From a virus, in IMG/VR virus record IMGVR_UViG_3300011187_000003, positions 1-64,000 of that record: a DNA stretch of 64,000 bases; one strand, 5' to 3'. The notes under the pieces were generated by a model that worked only from the letters and a program-made list of their open reading frames with translations, did not search any database and was not told where the DNA came from. Of this stretch, positions 48,838 through 57,775 are shown in pieces. The position numbers and the translations under genes are program-made. Numbering within the stretch: position 1 is the first letter of the stretch; the number at the start of each line of letters is the position of its first letter.

Positions 48838-49110
48838 ATGAATAATATTGATAAAATAGCAAAGTTTTTTGAGGAAAGAGAAGGCAAAGAATTTATAGAA
48901 TTAGGATATAATCAAGGTAAAAGATTAATAGATTTTAGCTTTAAATTAGATAAAATTAATCGTAAAAGAGAAACAAGAATAAAATTAATATTAAATAATA
49001 ATGAGCCACAAAGGTTTGTAGAATCAAATATTAAAGAACTATATAGTGGTGATTATTTGCTAAAAATTGAGCTTATAAATGGTCTGATTCTTAGAATTAT
49101 TAAAAAATAA
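48838..49110 (+). CDS. Hypothetical early protein
   Basis: AAGGAG RBS. Confidence 0.65.
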   Translation: MNNIDKIAKFFEEREGKEFIELGYNQGKRLIDFSFKLDKINRKRETRIKLILNNNEPQRFVESNIKELYSGDYLLKIELINGLILRIIKK

Positions 49111-49126
49111 AACTAAAAAGCCTGAG

Positions 49127-49290
49127 TTATCCACAAGCTCAGGTTTAAGTTATCCACATTTGAGAGAGAGTTATCCACAATATTAAGTTAGTTATCCACA
49201 GGAAAGAGAGAATTATCCACAAGTTATCCACAAAACAAATGATAAATTATAAATAAATGATAAATAATAAAATTTATATGAATTAAAAAA
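49127..49290 (+). promoter_or_regulatory. Six co-oriented perfect DnaA boxes plus AT-rich tract (oriC-like)
   Basis: TTATCCACA at 49127, 49150, 49171, 49192, 49213, 49224. Confidence 0.85.
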
Positions 49291-49349
49291 CGAATTTCAA
49301 CACTCCCCTGTTACTATAAAATTTTTTTCTGATTCTGGCCTGATTGTTT

Positions 49350-49377
49350 TTGTCGTATAATACAGATTATAAGACAA
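49350..49377. other. dif-like 11-6-11 tyrosine recombinase site
   Basis: TTGTCGTATAA-TACAGA-TTATAAGACAA. Confidence 0.6.
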
Positions 49378-49714
49378 AACATCCACGAAGCCTGCCATGA
49401 CAGGAATGGTGAGGGGTGTCGATTCAAGATAGAAAACCAAAAAAAAGAAATAGAAGGAAGAATAGGTTTTTGCACTCCCCTACCAACTCCTCTAATATCT
49501 ATCCCTATAAGACTCTAGATACCAACGACTCTAATTTGGCACCCTATACCTTTTTAATTAGTTAACTTTAATATTTGCCCCTATTGAGTCCTAATCACTA
49601 ACCTCTCTAAGGTATATCCCTACCCCAACCTATATTAGGGGGTGTCAAATAATGCTTGACATATAATATTATATTATGTATAATAATAATAGAAAATTAA
49701 AGGAGGTATTGATA

Positions 49715-50128
49715 ATGAAAGATGTAGAGTATATTTATAATTACTTTAAGGAACTGTCACCAATATGTTTACCTAACACCACATATATTGTAAAATACAA
49801 TACTATCTTACATGAAGCTAAAAAAGCAAAACTCATTGAGATTAAAGAAAACTGCCTTGCTAAGTGGTTACCTAAGAATGGTAGAGATATTGACTTTTAT
49901 GATGATAATATTATTACTTTCAGCTCCTTTTACGCCTTTGGGTACTTAACCTATACATATCATAACTACGACCATGTTGATGATTTAATCTTATCAGGAT
50001 TTGAACAAGGGGACTTTGATAATTATAAGATTTATGATAAACAATCAAACAGCAGTAATGCTAGTTCAGCTGGAGATATGAGAGAACAATGTACTTGGGA
50101 AACTTTCTCAACCCCACAACCATTTTAA
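49715..50128 (+). CDS. Hypothetical protein
   Basis: TTGACA/TATAAT promoter and AAGGAGGT RBS. Confidence 0.65.
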   Translation: MKDVEYIYNYFKELSPICLPNTTYIVKYNTILHEAKKAKLIEIKENCLAKWLPKNGRDIDFYDDNIITFSSFYAFGYLTYTYHNYDHVDDLILSGFEQGDFDNYKIYDKQSNSSNASSAGDMREQCTWETFSTPQPF

Positions 50129-50393
50129 AAATCAGATAAGGGGGGTGGAAATAATTTAAGATTTTAGTTACAATTTTTCACTCGCATGTGTATAATAATA
50201 ATGAAGGAGGTGATAGCAATGCTGTTCCTAAGAGGTATCTCAGTTGGAATAATGATTGGGGTTATAATCTACAAACTCTTTGACCAAGATAGTAGAGAAT
50301 TTGAGGAAGAAATATATGAGAATGGCTACAGTGATGGTTATGAAGATGGTTACTATAAGAGTGACTATAAATACTCATGAGGAGGTGATAGCA

Positions 50394-50717
50394 ATGAATG
50401 AAGTTGAAGAGGTTCTTAAAGATGGTAGGAACAATATTAATGATAAGTTTCTTGACACCAAACAAGTTAATATTATCAACCAAGAAGCCTTAAATACAGG
50501 TGATTGTATCAAAGTTAGAATTAACTCTAATGATGGTGAGGTTAGAAATGTTATTGTACGATATACTGATGAAGAGGGAGTCCATTGTATAGACCTAAAC
50601 TCAAGGAGGGACAGTAAAACATTCGCTATTCTTGCTAAATACTTGGCTAATGGCAATGTTGAAATATTAGATATAATGAGGGAAGGGGGGAACAGTAGAT
50701 GGATAAAGAAGGAGTAA
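50394..50717 (+). CDS. Hypothetical protein
   Basis: GGAGGTG RBS before MNEVEE. Confidence 0.65.
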   Translation: MNEVEEVLKDGRNNINDKFLDTKQVNIINQEALNTGDCIKVRINSNDGEVRNVIVRYTDEEGVHCIDLNSRRDSKTFAILAKYLANGNVEILDIMREGGNSRWIKKE

Positions 50718-50967
50718 TCCAAGTACTAGAAGCTTTTATTTTAGAGATTGAGAATGATGAGATTGAGGTTTCTAAGATTGAGAAGCAAGATACTGAAAAG
50801 TACAAAGAGAGCTTTAGTGGTACAGAGACCTTTCATAATAAGAAATTTATATTTGAGATGAAAGGGTCTTACAACCTAGAAGAATAAAAAAAAAATCAAA
50901 TTATCTCTTGACAAAAGGTGTTATAGTATGTATAATTATAATTGCAATGTGAAAGGGGAGATAAAAA

Positions 50968-51242
50968 ATGTTTGAAGAACTTGATAAGATAATTGAGGAA
51001 GCCAAAACTGTGGCTTTGAAATTGATGAAGTATCTAGGATTACTCGTAAAAACAGCAGACTATCCAATAAGCCACAGGTTAGCATGATATATGTAACTAA
51101 AGAGATTCAGGATAAATATGAGGAAAAGAAACAAGAAGCAAAAGAGAAATACAAGCACATTAAGAAAAGTATAGAGGATAGCTTAAAACCCCCTAAAACA
51201 AACGCTATTCTCCATCATTATGACCTAGCTGGAGACAAGTAA
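50968..51242 (+). pseudogene. Small gene with apparent -1 frameshift in an A-run near 51005
   Basis: MFEELDKIIEEAK continues as NCGFEIDEV...LAGDK* only if one A is added. Confidence 0.5.
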
Positions 51243-51447
51243 GGAGGGTTAATATGTTTGCAGTATTTATTACAATTTATTTATTAATACTAAGTATGTT
51301 TCTTGGGATTCCTCCAATTTTTATCCTGTTTTTAATATTATTAATTGTTCTTATCCCACCATTAAGTTAGAGTATTTGGTTGAAAAATATCGCTATTATG
51401 TGTATAATAATAATAGAGAGTGATAAATAATAATTAACATTTAAGGA

Positions 51448-51681
51448 GTGATAACTTTGCCAATAACAACTTCTAGTAGGAGAGTGTACTTTACAGAAGA
51501 AGCTACAGATAAAGAAGCAAAAGATATTAAAGATATGTTTGATGATGAAGGCTACCTTTTAGAAAGTGACTTAGATGACCCAGCTAGGTATATTGTAGTT
51601 AGAGGGGCTCAAAGAGAGTTATTAAAACTAGATTTGATTTCACCAACTCTTAGTAAGATTAAAGTAGTTAAACCACTATAA
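51448..51681 (+). CDS. Hypothetical protein
   Basis: Promoter 51380-51408 and RBS. Confidence 0.6.
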   Translation: MITLPITTSSRRVYFTEEATDKEAKDIKDMFDDEGYLLESDLDDPARYIVVRGAQRELLKLDLISPTLSKIKVVKPL

Positions 51682-51690
51682 AGGAGGCTA

Positions 51691-51827
51691 ATGATGTATA
51701 AGAAGATATGCCCTGAATGTGATAGTGCATCTTATAGCAGTGGCAAAAAGGTGAATGGATTTGTCCTTATTGTGATGAAGATATAGGTGATATAGAAGTT
51801 GAAAGAACAAAAGAGGATGGTGATTAA
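51691..51827 (+). pseudogene. Small Zn-ribbon gene split by a -1 frameshift at GGC AAA AAG
   Basis: CPEC..SYSS in frame 0 and GEWICPYC in frame -1. Confidence 0.6.
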
Positions 51828-51830
51828 TAT

Positions 51831-52136
51831 ATGGTAATTGTCTTAAGTGCGCTAGGTATTGCTGTACTACTCCTGTTAGGTAATAACATAAGCAAGCTTA
51901 AAACCTATGAATGTTTGGGGTGTGGTTATAAAGAGTCACTAAGTAGATTCTTTACTAGGCATATTCCTTTTGGTAGCCAAACTATTTGCCCTAAGTGTCA
52001 TAGTGAAAAAGTTTACCTTGTAGGTGAAGCTCGCAAAAAGAAAATAGATGAAATATTTGAACAAGAAAAAGATAGTGGAAGAGTAAAAAGAGGTAGTACA
52101 GTAGGAAGGAGTATTAATTTTGATAGTAGACAATAA
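51831..52136 (+). CDS. Membrane-anchored Zn-ribbon protein
   Basis: N-terminal TM, CLGC...CPKC. Confidence 0.7.
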   Translation: MVIVLSALGIAVLLLLGNNISKLKTYECLGCGYKESLSRFFTRHIPFGSQTICPKCHSEKVYLVGEARKKKIDEIFEQEKDSGRVKRGSTVGRSINFDSRQ

Positions 52137-52542
52137 AAAGATGAGATGTGTCAAGTGTCCAGCTACAGATGAGTGGCAGTTACTTAAGGAATGTTTAGGT
52201 TGTGGAGCCTCTGACCAAATACTTAGTGGTGAAGAGGGTAAGTTTGAGTGTAACTATAAAGAAAAACAAAAAGAATACCTAGAGGAAGATATCCATGACT
52301 ATATTATGGATGAGATGGGTATTGTAGAACTTGATGACTATGTAGATAAAAAAGTTAGAATGGAATTTGAGCAGTTAGGCGATACCTGTTTTCGCTATGA
52401 CCCTGAAGAAGTTGAATTAACTGATGAACTACTTGACTACATGATAGAGTTATCTGAAACCACTAATGAACTTGAGTATAGACTAGAAGCTGATGGTGAT
52501 GATGTTATTTCCAAAAGAAGGGGTACTTATTACAACACCTAA
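52120..52542 (+). CDS. Hypothetical protein
   Basis: RBS, Cys-containing N-terminus, acidic. Confidence 0.6.
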   Translation: MIVDNKKMRCVKCPATDEWQLLKECLGCGASDQILSGEEGKFECNYKEKQKEYLEEDIHDYIMDEMGIVELDDYVDKKVRMEFEQLGDTCFRYDPEEVELTDELLDYMIELSETTNELEYRLEADGDDVISKRRGTYYNT

Positions 52543-52552
52543 AAAATTTGAT

Positions 52553-52846
52553 ATGCTTGATTTTATCAATAGGCGTAGAAAGCAGATACTTGTACATAGT
52601 TGTGTTTATTATCGCTTTGGTACAAGTATAATCAGTGATGATAAGTTTGACACTTGGGGTTACCAGCTGGTAGATGCTGAACTGTCACATCCTAAGTTGG
52701 CTGAAAAAGCTGACTACCATGAAGTATTTAAGGACTTTGATGGTAGCACAGGGTACTATCTTCCAATAGGTGAACCTGAGATAGTTAACATTGCTCATAG
52801 GTTAATAAAAATGAAGGAGGACAATTATGGAGGAAATTTCAGATAA
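52553..52846 (+). CDS. Stand-alone NAD-dependent DNA ligase domain Ia-like protein
   Basis: HS..YY....IISD..FD motif; start uncertain. Confidence 0.65.
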   Translation: MLDFINRRRKQILVHSCVYYRFGTSIISDDKFDTWGYQLVDAELSHPKLAEKADYHEVFKDFDGSTGYYLPIGEPEIVNIAHRLIKMKEDNYGGNFR

Positions 52847-53603
52847 AGAAATCTATAATAATTCAATGAGTAAGTCAGTGCTTGATAAGATGTTTTTCCT
52901 TGATAAAGTCCCTGATAATATAGCAATCCTAGATTGGGGATGTGCAGATGGGACACTGCTTAAAGAGGTTATGAGGTTTTTCCCTGAGAATGAATATTTA
53001 GGGTATGATATTGATGAAGATATGTGCAAAAAAGCTATGGATAATATTGATGAAGAAGTATTTATTGGTTGGGATATCAATAATATCTTTAGAATAATAG
53101 CTGATGAATATCCTGACAAAAAAGTAGTAGTTAACCTTTCTTCAGTAATCCATGAGGTCTACAGCTATAGGAATACTGAGGAAATAGATGCCTTTTGGGA
53201 AGATGTATTTCAGCTGGCAGATATTGTGGTTATCAGAGATATGGTTTTTAGGCAGTCAATGGATAGAAATGCCTGCCCTAATGATGTAAGAAAAATACGC
53301 TCCAATGCTGACAGAAGATATCTTCAGGATTTTGAGAGTATTGAAGGGTCAATCACCAACAACAAAAATTTGATTCATTATTTAATGAAGTATAGATACA
53401 AGGATAATTGGGAAAGGGAAGTTAGGGAGAATTATTTCCCACTTTCAAGAGAGCGACTGGATAGAATTATACCTAGTAATTTTAAAATTAGGTATGATAG
53501 CATGTTTGCACTACCTTATACTCAGCGTAGAGTTGAGGAAGATTTTGGGGTAGAGATTAAAGATGACACACACTTGAAATTAATATTAGAAAAGGATGGT
53601 TAG
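52827..53603 (+). CDS. Class I SAM-dependent methyltransferase
   Basis: ILDWGCADG, GYDI, SSVIHEV, IRD. Confidence 0.8.
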   Translation: MEEISDKEIYNNSMSKSVLDKMFFLDKVPDNIAILDWGCADGTLLKEVMRFFPENEYLGYDIDEDMCKKAMDNIDEEVFIGWDINNIFRIIADEYPDKKVVVNLSSVIHEVYSYRNTEEIDAFWEDVFQLADIVVIRDMVFRQSMDRNACPNDVRKIRSNADRRYLQDFESIEGSITNNKNLIHYLMKYRYKDNWEREVRENYFPLSRERLDRIIPSNFKIRYDSMFALPYTQRRVEEDFGVEIKDDTHLKLILEKDG

Positions 53604-54015
53604 AATGTATGAATATAAAGCAGTTGTAGAGGATGCAATTGATGGAGATACCATTGATGTAAAGGTTGACTTGGGGTTTTCCATATTTAAGAAGGCAAGG
53701 TTAAGGTTAAATGGAATAGATACTCCTGAGACTAGTAGATGTAGCAAAAAACAGGAGAGAGCTGGAGAATTGGTTAGTAAATTTGTTGAGGATATTTTAT
53801 TTGACAATAAGCTGGTATATATCACTACCCATAAAAAGGGTAGTTTTGGTAGGTACCTTGCAGATGTTTATATTCCTAATCTTGATAAATCATTTAACCA
53901 GTTTCTTTATGATGAAGGGTATGCTATCAAGTATGGTAGGCATACTGAATGGAAAGGTAAAAAACTTAATAAAATTATAGAAGAGTTATCATACCTAGAA
54001 GATAAGGAGGAGTAA
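53596..54015 (+). CDS. Thermonuclease (SNase-like)
   Basis: IDGDT, RL.GIDTPE, FGRYLA. Confidence 0.9.
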   Translation: MVRMYEYKAVVEDAIDGDTIDVKVDLGFSIFKKARLRLNGIDTPETSRCSKKQERAGELVSKFVEDILFDNKLVYITTHKKGSFGRYLADVYIPNLDKSFNQFLYDEGYAIKYGRHTEWKGKKLNKIIEELSYLEDKEE

Positions 54016-54219
54016 CATGAATAGTGATACAACTGAAGATGTGGTTAGAAATTTGACTGTCAATGTTGAATATAAAACTTGGTTTGATGATTACTTAAAT
54101 GACTTAGAAGGTATGGCTAAAAACTTACTTCGCTCAGGAGTGCCTAAAGCTAAAGTGAAAAAGATTGTAGCCATGAACATAAAAGAAGTAGCCCCTGAAG
54201 CAACAGAGGTTAGGTTTTA

Positions 54220-54714
54220 ATGATTTACTTAATTGCTGATACTCATTTTGGTCATAAAAATATTATAGAGTATGAAGATAGACCCTTTGATAATATAGAC
54301 GATATGGATAGTGAGCTGATTAAAAGGTGGAATAGCGTGGTTGATGAAAATGATTTAGTCTACCACTTAGGTGATGTATTTCTTTGCAACACTGATAGAC
54401 AGTTCAAGATATTTAACCAGCTAAATGGTACTATTCATTTAATCAGAGGGAATCATGACAAGCAAACTAAAACTAAATTAGTTGATAGGTTAGGTTTTGA
54501 GAGTGTTAGAGGCCAATATCAGCACAAAGGCATGCTGTTGACACACAAACCTAAAGAAGATACAGGGATATTTAATATTCATGGTCATTCACATAGTAGA
54601 AGGAAAAAAGATGCTAGTCACTTTTGTGTTTCAGTAGAGGAGAATAACTATACTCCAGTTAGTTTCAGAAGAATTTTAGCATACAAACATGCACAATATT
54701 TTAATTTTAGATAA
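54220..54714 (+). CDS. Calcineurin-like metallophosphoesterase
   Basis: DTHFGH, LGD, GNHD, H.P, HGHSH. Confidence 0.92.
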   Translation: MIYLIADTHFGHKNIIEYEDRPFDNIDDMDSELIKRWNSVVDENDLVYHLGDVFLCNTDRQFKIFNQLNGTIHLIRGNHDKQTKTKLVDRLGFESVRGQYQHKGMLLTHKPKEDTGIFNIHGHSHSRRKKDASHFCVSVEENNYTPVSFRRILAYKHAQYFNFR

Positions 54715-54726
54715 AGGAGGGAGATA

Positions 54727-55005
54727 ATGGAAATACCAATTGATGACGACCTGTACATAAAGGATAACAATTTAAACATTTCACTTGCTAAATACAAAGG
54801 GAAAGATAAAAAAGGTCAGGATAAATGGGAGTACATAGCTCATAAGCGTAGTATCAGTTCAGTTCTAAGGTCTTATAGGTATTACATAGTAAGAACCTGT
54901 GATGCAAAAAGCTTTGGTGAATTAAGGGAAGTATTTTTAAGAACTGAAGAGGTTATCCAAAGTATTGATGATAAGTTAGATGTAGAATTATCATTAAAGG
55001 AGTGA
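54727..55005 (+). CDS. Hypothetical phage protein
   Basis: AAGGAGG RBS. Confidence 0.65.
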   Translation: MEIPIDDDLYIKDNNLNISLAKYKGKDKKGQDKWEYIAHKRSISSVLRSYRYYIVRTCDAKSFGELREVFLRTEEVIQSIDDKLDVELSLKE

Positions 55006-55262
55006 TTAAAATGGCCAAATGTCCAGTATGCAAGAGTGAACTTGATGGTGCTGTAAATCAATATAATGGCACTTTGATTGAGGAATTTCAAGATTGCCCT
55101 GAGTGTAGTTATGAATATGATTTTGTCTATGGAGCTGAAAGATATAGGGTAGATGGCAAGACTTTTGTTTGGCCTGATGTAACAGATATCCCCTTAGAGG
55201 AGCAGAAAGAAAAAGACAAAGCTATTGCTTATGCAAGGAAGAATTATAACTCAAATAATTAG
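55002..55262 (+). CDS. Zn-ribbon protein
   Basis: CPVC...CPEC. Confidence 0.65.
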   Translation: MIKMAKCPVCKSELDGAVNQYNGTLIEEFQDCPECSYEYDFVYGAERYRVDGKTFVWPDVTDIPLEEQKEKDKAIAYARKNYNSNN

Positions 55263-55802
55263 GCAGGTGATTGTGTATTAGTTGGAATGACTATCACAGG
55301 GAAGTTAATGAAAAACACGCTAAGTTTTTAATCAGTATTGGTAAGGTAAATAGCATTTTAGATGACTGTCCTTATTGCCAGCTACCAATAGCTGACTGTA
55401 GACACTGGACAGAAGAGGCTAAGTTACAACTGAAGGGTGGTAAGTATTTATGATTTGGGTGATTGGGAACCATTATCTCAAGGGTAGAATGGCAATACCT
55501 ATAGATGAAGATGATGATATACATGAAGTACATAAAGAGCTAAAAAAGAAAATGAAGGTAGAAGATATTGTTAGAACAGACCATGAGCTAAAGGAGGAGT
55601 TAGACATTGAGAGTTAGTAACGATTTATTAAAAAAGATAGTGCTTGCCTTAAAAGATGGCAATATTGAAGAAGCTTTAGAGTTATCTGAAGATGTACCAT
55701 TAATTATAGATGTAAATACTGATGAATGGGAGTTTGCTGAAGGCAATGTACTTACATTAAATGACCTAACAGAAACTTTAATCAAAAGGGAGGAAAATAA
55801 GC

Positions 55803-56060
55803 GTGGATAGCGAAACAATTCTTGACTTAATAAAAAAAGAGCTTGACACTTTCAAAGAGACATACCCTAATAATGAGCCTGCTATAATTATGGGGAATAG
55901 TACATATAAAGTTTTCTTAGAAGAGTCTCAAAGAAGGCTTATGAGTGATGATATAAATGTTGCTCATGAGCCAATCACAAATTATTTGGATTGTAAGATA
56001 TATGTTGTTGATAGAGATAGTTACTTAAATATTTTAAAGGAGAGTGATGTAGTTGGGTAA
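55803..56060 (+). CDS. Hypothetical protein
   Basis: GGAGG RBS, coupled. Confidence 0.6.
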   Translation: MDSETILDLIKKELDTFKETYPNNEPAIIMGNSTYKVFLEESQRRLMSDDINVAHEPITNYLDCKIYVVDRDSYLNILKESDVVG

Positions 56061-56206
56061 GAAGAGCTATAAATGCCCTAGATGTGGTTCAATGTATCCT
56101 AGAAGAGTATGGAAAAATGCAAAGAGCATATATGGTACTTTTTATTTCTGCCCTGATTGTGAGACCAAACACCACTGGAATGACCTAAGAGTGGTGAGGC
56201 CTAAAG

Positions 56207-56452
56207 ATGTATAAACAACTAGAATCTGATTTTACAAAAGACAAGATAGAGGATGGGGAGATATGGATAGTTGACTTGATGACAGCTATTTTTGGGGATA
56301 GAACTACAGCTAGAAAAATGATTAAAGATGAAGAGTTAGAGATTACCCTTAACAAAGAGCCATTGCCAACTAGGATAGATACAGATATTGAGATACAGCA
56401 TAGTGATGTTGTGGGGATTAGAGACCACAATGTAAGAATTATGCTTAAATAA
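56207..56452 (+). CDS. Small S4-like domain protein
   Basis: IVDLM......RTTARKMI...I.LN. Confidence 0.45.
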   Translation: MYKQLESDFTKDKIEDGEIWIVDLMTAIFGDRTTARKMIKDEELEITLNKEPLPTRIDTDIEIQHSDVVGIRDHNVRIMLK

Positions 56453-56739
56453 ATGTAAATTATTACAAAGAATCTTTAGTAATGGTTGAAATTTTATACT
56501 CAAATGTGTATAATAATAGTAGAAGGGATAAAAAGAGCAGGGAAACCTGTTCTTTTTTTACCATCATTCTTAGTAATACTTTACAGTGGGGGTGATATAT
56601 TATTAAAAATCAGTTAGATGATATTGATATCAGCCTTAATAAGTTTGAAAAAGAGCTGAAGTATATAGAAACACCTGATACAACATCAAGGGCAGAGCTT
56701 ACTGAAAGAAATGGCTTCCCTTACATAAATGAAACACTA

Positions 56740-57216
56740 ATGGAACTATTGATTGAGAATCAGAAAGTACCATCACCCTTCGATGTGTTTGTTCGATACT
56801 TACATAATAATGAGGGTGACTACAATGTCAAAGAAGCTTTAGGTAGAGGGTTTAAACGCCAACTAAGAGACAGAGTTTACAGGGCTTATTACTCATTAAT
56901 AAGGGAGATTCACTTCGCAATGATGCTTAGTGATTTAGACTTAAAGGTTGTTTACAGCACTGAGATAGACTTGGATAAAGGTATTGATGTGTTGATTGAC
57001 AATCAAGGAATTACATATGGTTTACATTTATTTTTAGATAGTAAGAGAAGCATTCAGCATAGGCAAAGAAAAAAGAGGTCAGAGTATGATGTTGATGTCT
57101 CAATTGAAGTACCATTCACAAGTGGTAGAGCAGTTGGGGGTTTTGACCTTTATACTACTGAGTATATTGTTGATGTGCTGGAAGAAATAATTAAATATCA
57201 TGGAAAGGTGGCATAA
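56740..57216 (+). CDS. Putative PD-(D/E)XK restriction-endonuclease-like nuclease
   Basis: RE.HF, D..KGIDVL motif; frame stays open upstream to ~56600 where an RBS lies. Confidence 0.45.
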   Translation: MELLIENQKVPSPFDVFVRYLHNNEGDYNVKEALGRGFKRQLRDRVYRAYYSLIREIHFAMMLSDLDLKVVYSTEIDLDKGIDVLIDNQGITYGLHLFLDSKRSIQHRQRKKRSEYDVDVSIEVPFTSGRAVGGFDLYTTEYIVDVLEEIIKYHGKVA

Positions 57217-57219
57217 TAT

Positions 57220-57771
57220 ATGCAAAAAGTTGTTGCTATTGGTGGTCATGCTGAACATGGCAAGGATACATTGGCAGATATGATAAAAGAAAAATTAGAA
57301 GAGAAGGATGAAGAGGTTGCAAGGTATGCTTTTGCAGAGTCCTTAAAAATGATTGCAGAATCTATATTTGATTGGGATGGGAGCAAAGATAAATATGGTA
57401 GAACCCTACTGCAAGAGTTGGGTAGTTTTGCAAGAGAATATATTGATGAAGACTTTTGGGTAAAAGATGTAGCTGAACAGATTGATGCTTTTAAAAATGC
57501 AGTTGACTATCATCTTATCTCAGATTTAAGATACCCAAATGAAGCAGAGTATTTTAGGGAGAATGACTATGATAACTTAATAGTTAAAGTAACTAGATTG
57601 GATGAAGATGGTAATCTTTACTCAAATTCCCTCTCAGGGGAGCAGAAGGAGCATCACAGTGAAACAAGCATTGACCTTATTGATTATGACCTACATGTAG
57701 TTGCTGACTCGCTAGACACCCTTGAGGAGTCTGCAGAAAAGATTACAGAGATGATAACTGAAGGAGAGTAA
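57220..57771 (+). CDS. Deoxynucleoside monophosphate kinase
   Basis: G.A..GKDT, FA..LK, R.LLQ.LG, D.RYPNE, H.SE. Confidence 0.85.
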   Translation: MQKVVAIGGHAEHGKDTLADMIKEKLEEKDEEVARYAFAESLKMIAESIFDWDGSKDKYGRTLLQELGSFAREYIDEDFWVKDVAEQIDAFKNAVDYHLISDLRYPNEAEYFRENDYDNLIVKVTRLDEDGNLYSNSLSGEQKEHHSETSIDLIDYDLHVVADSLDTLEESAEKITEMITEGE

Positions 57772-57775
57772 TAGT

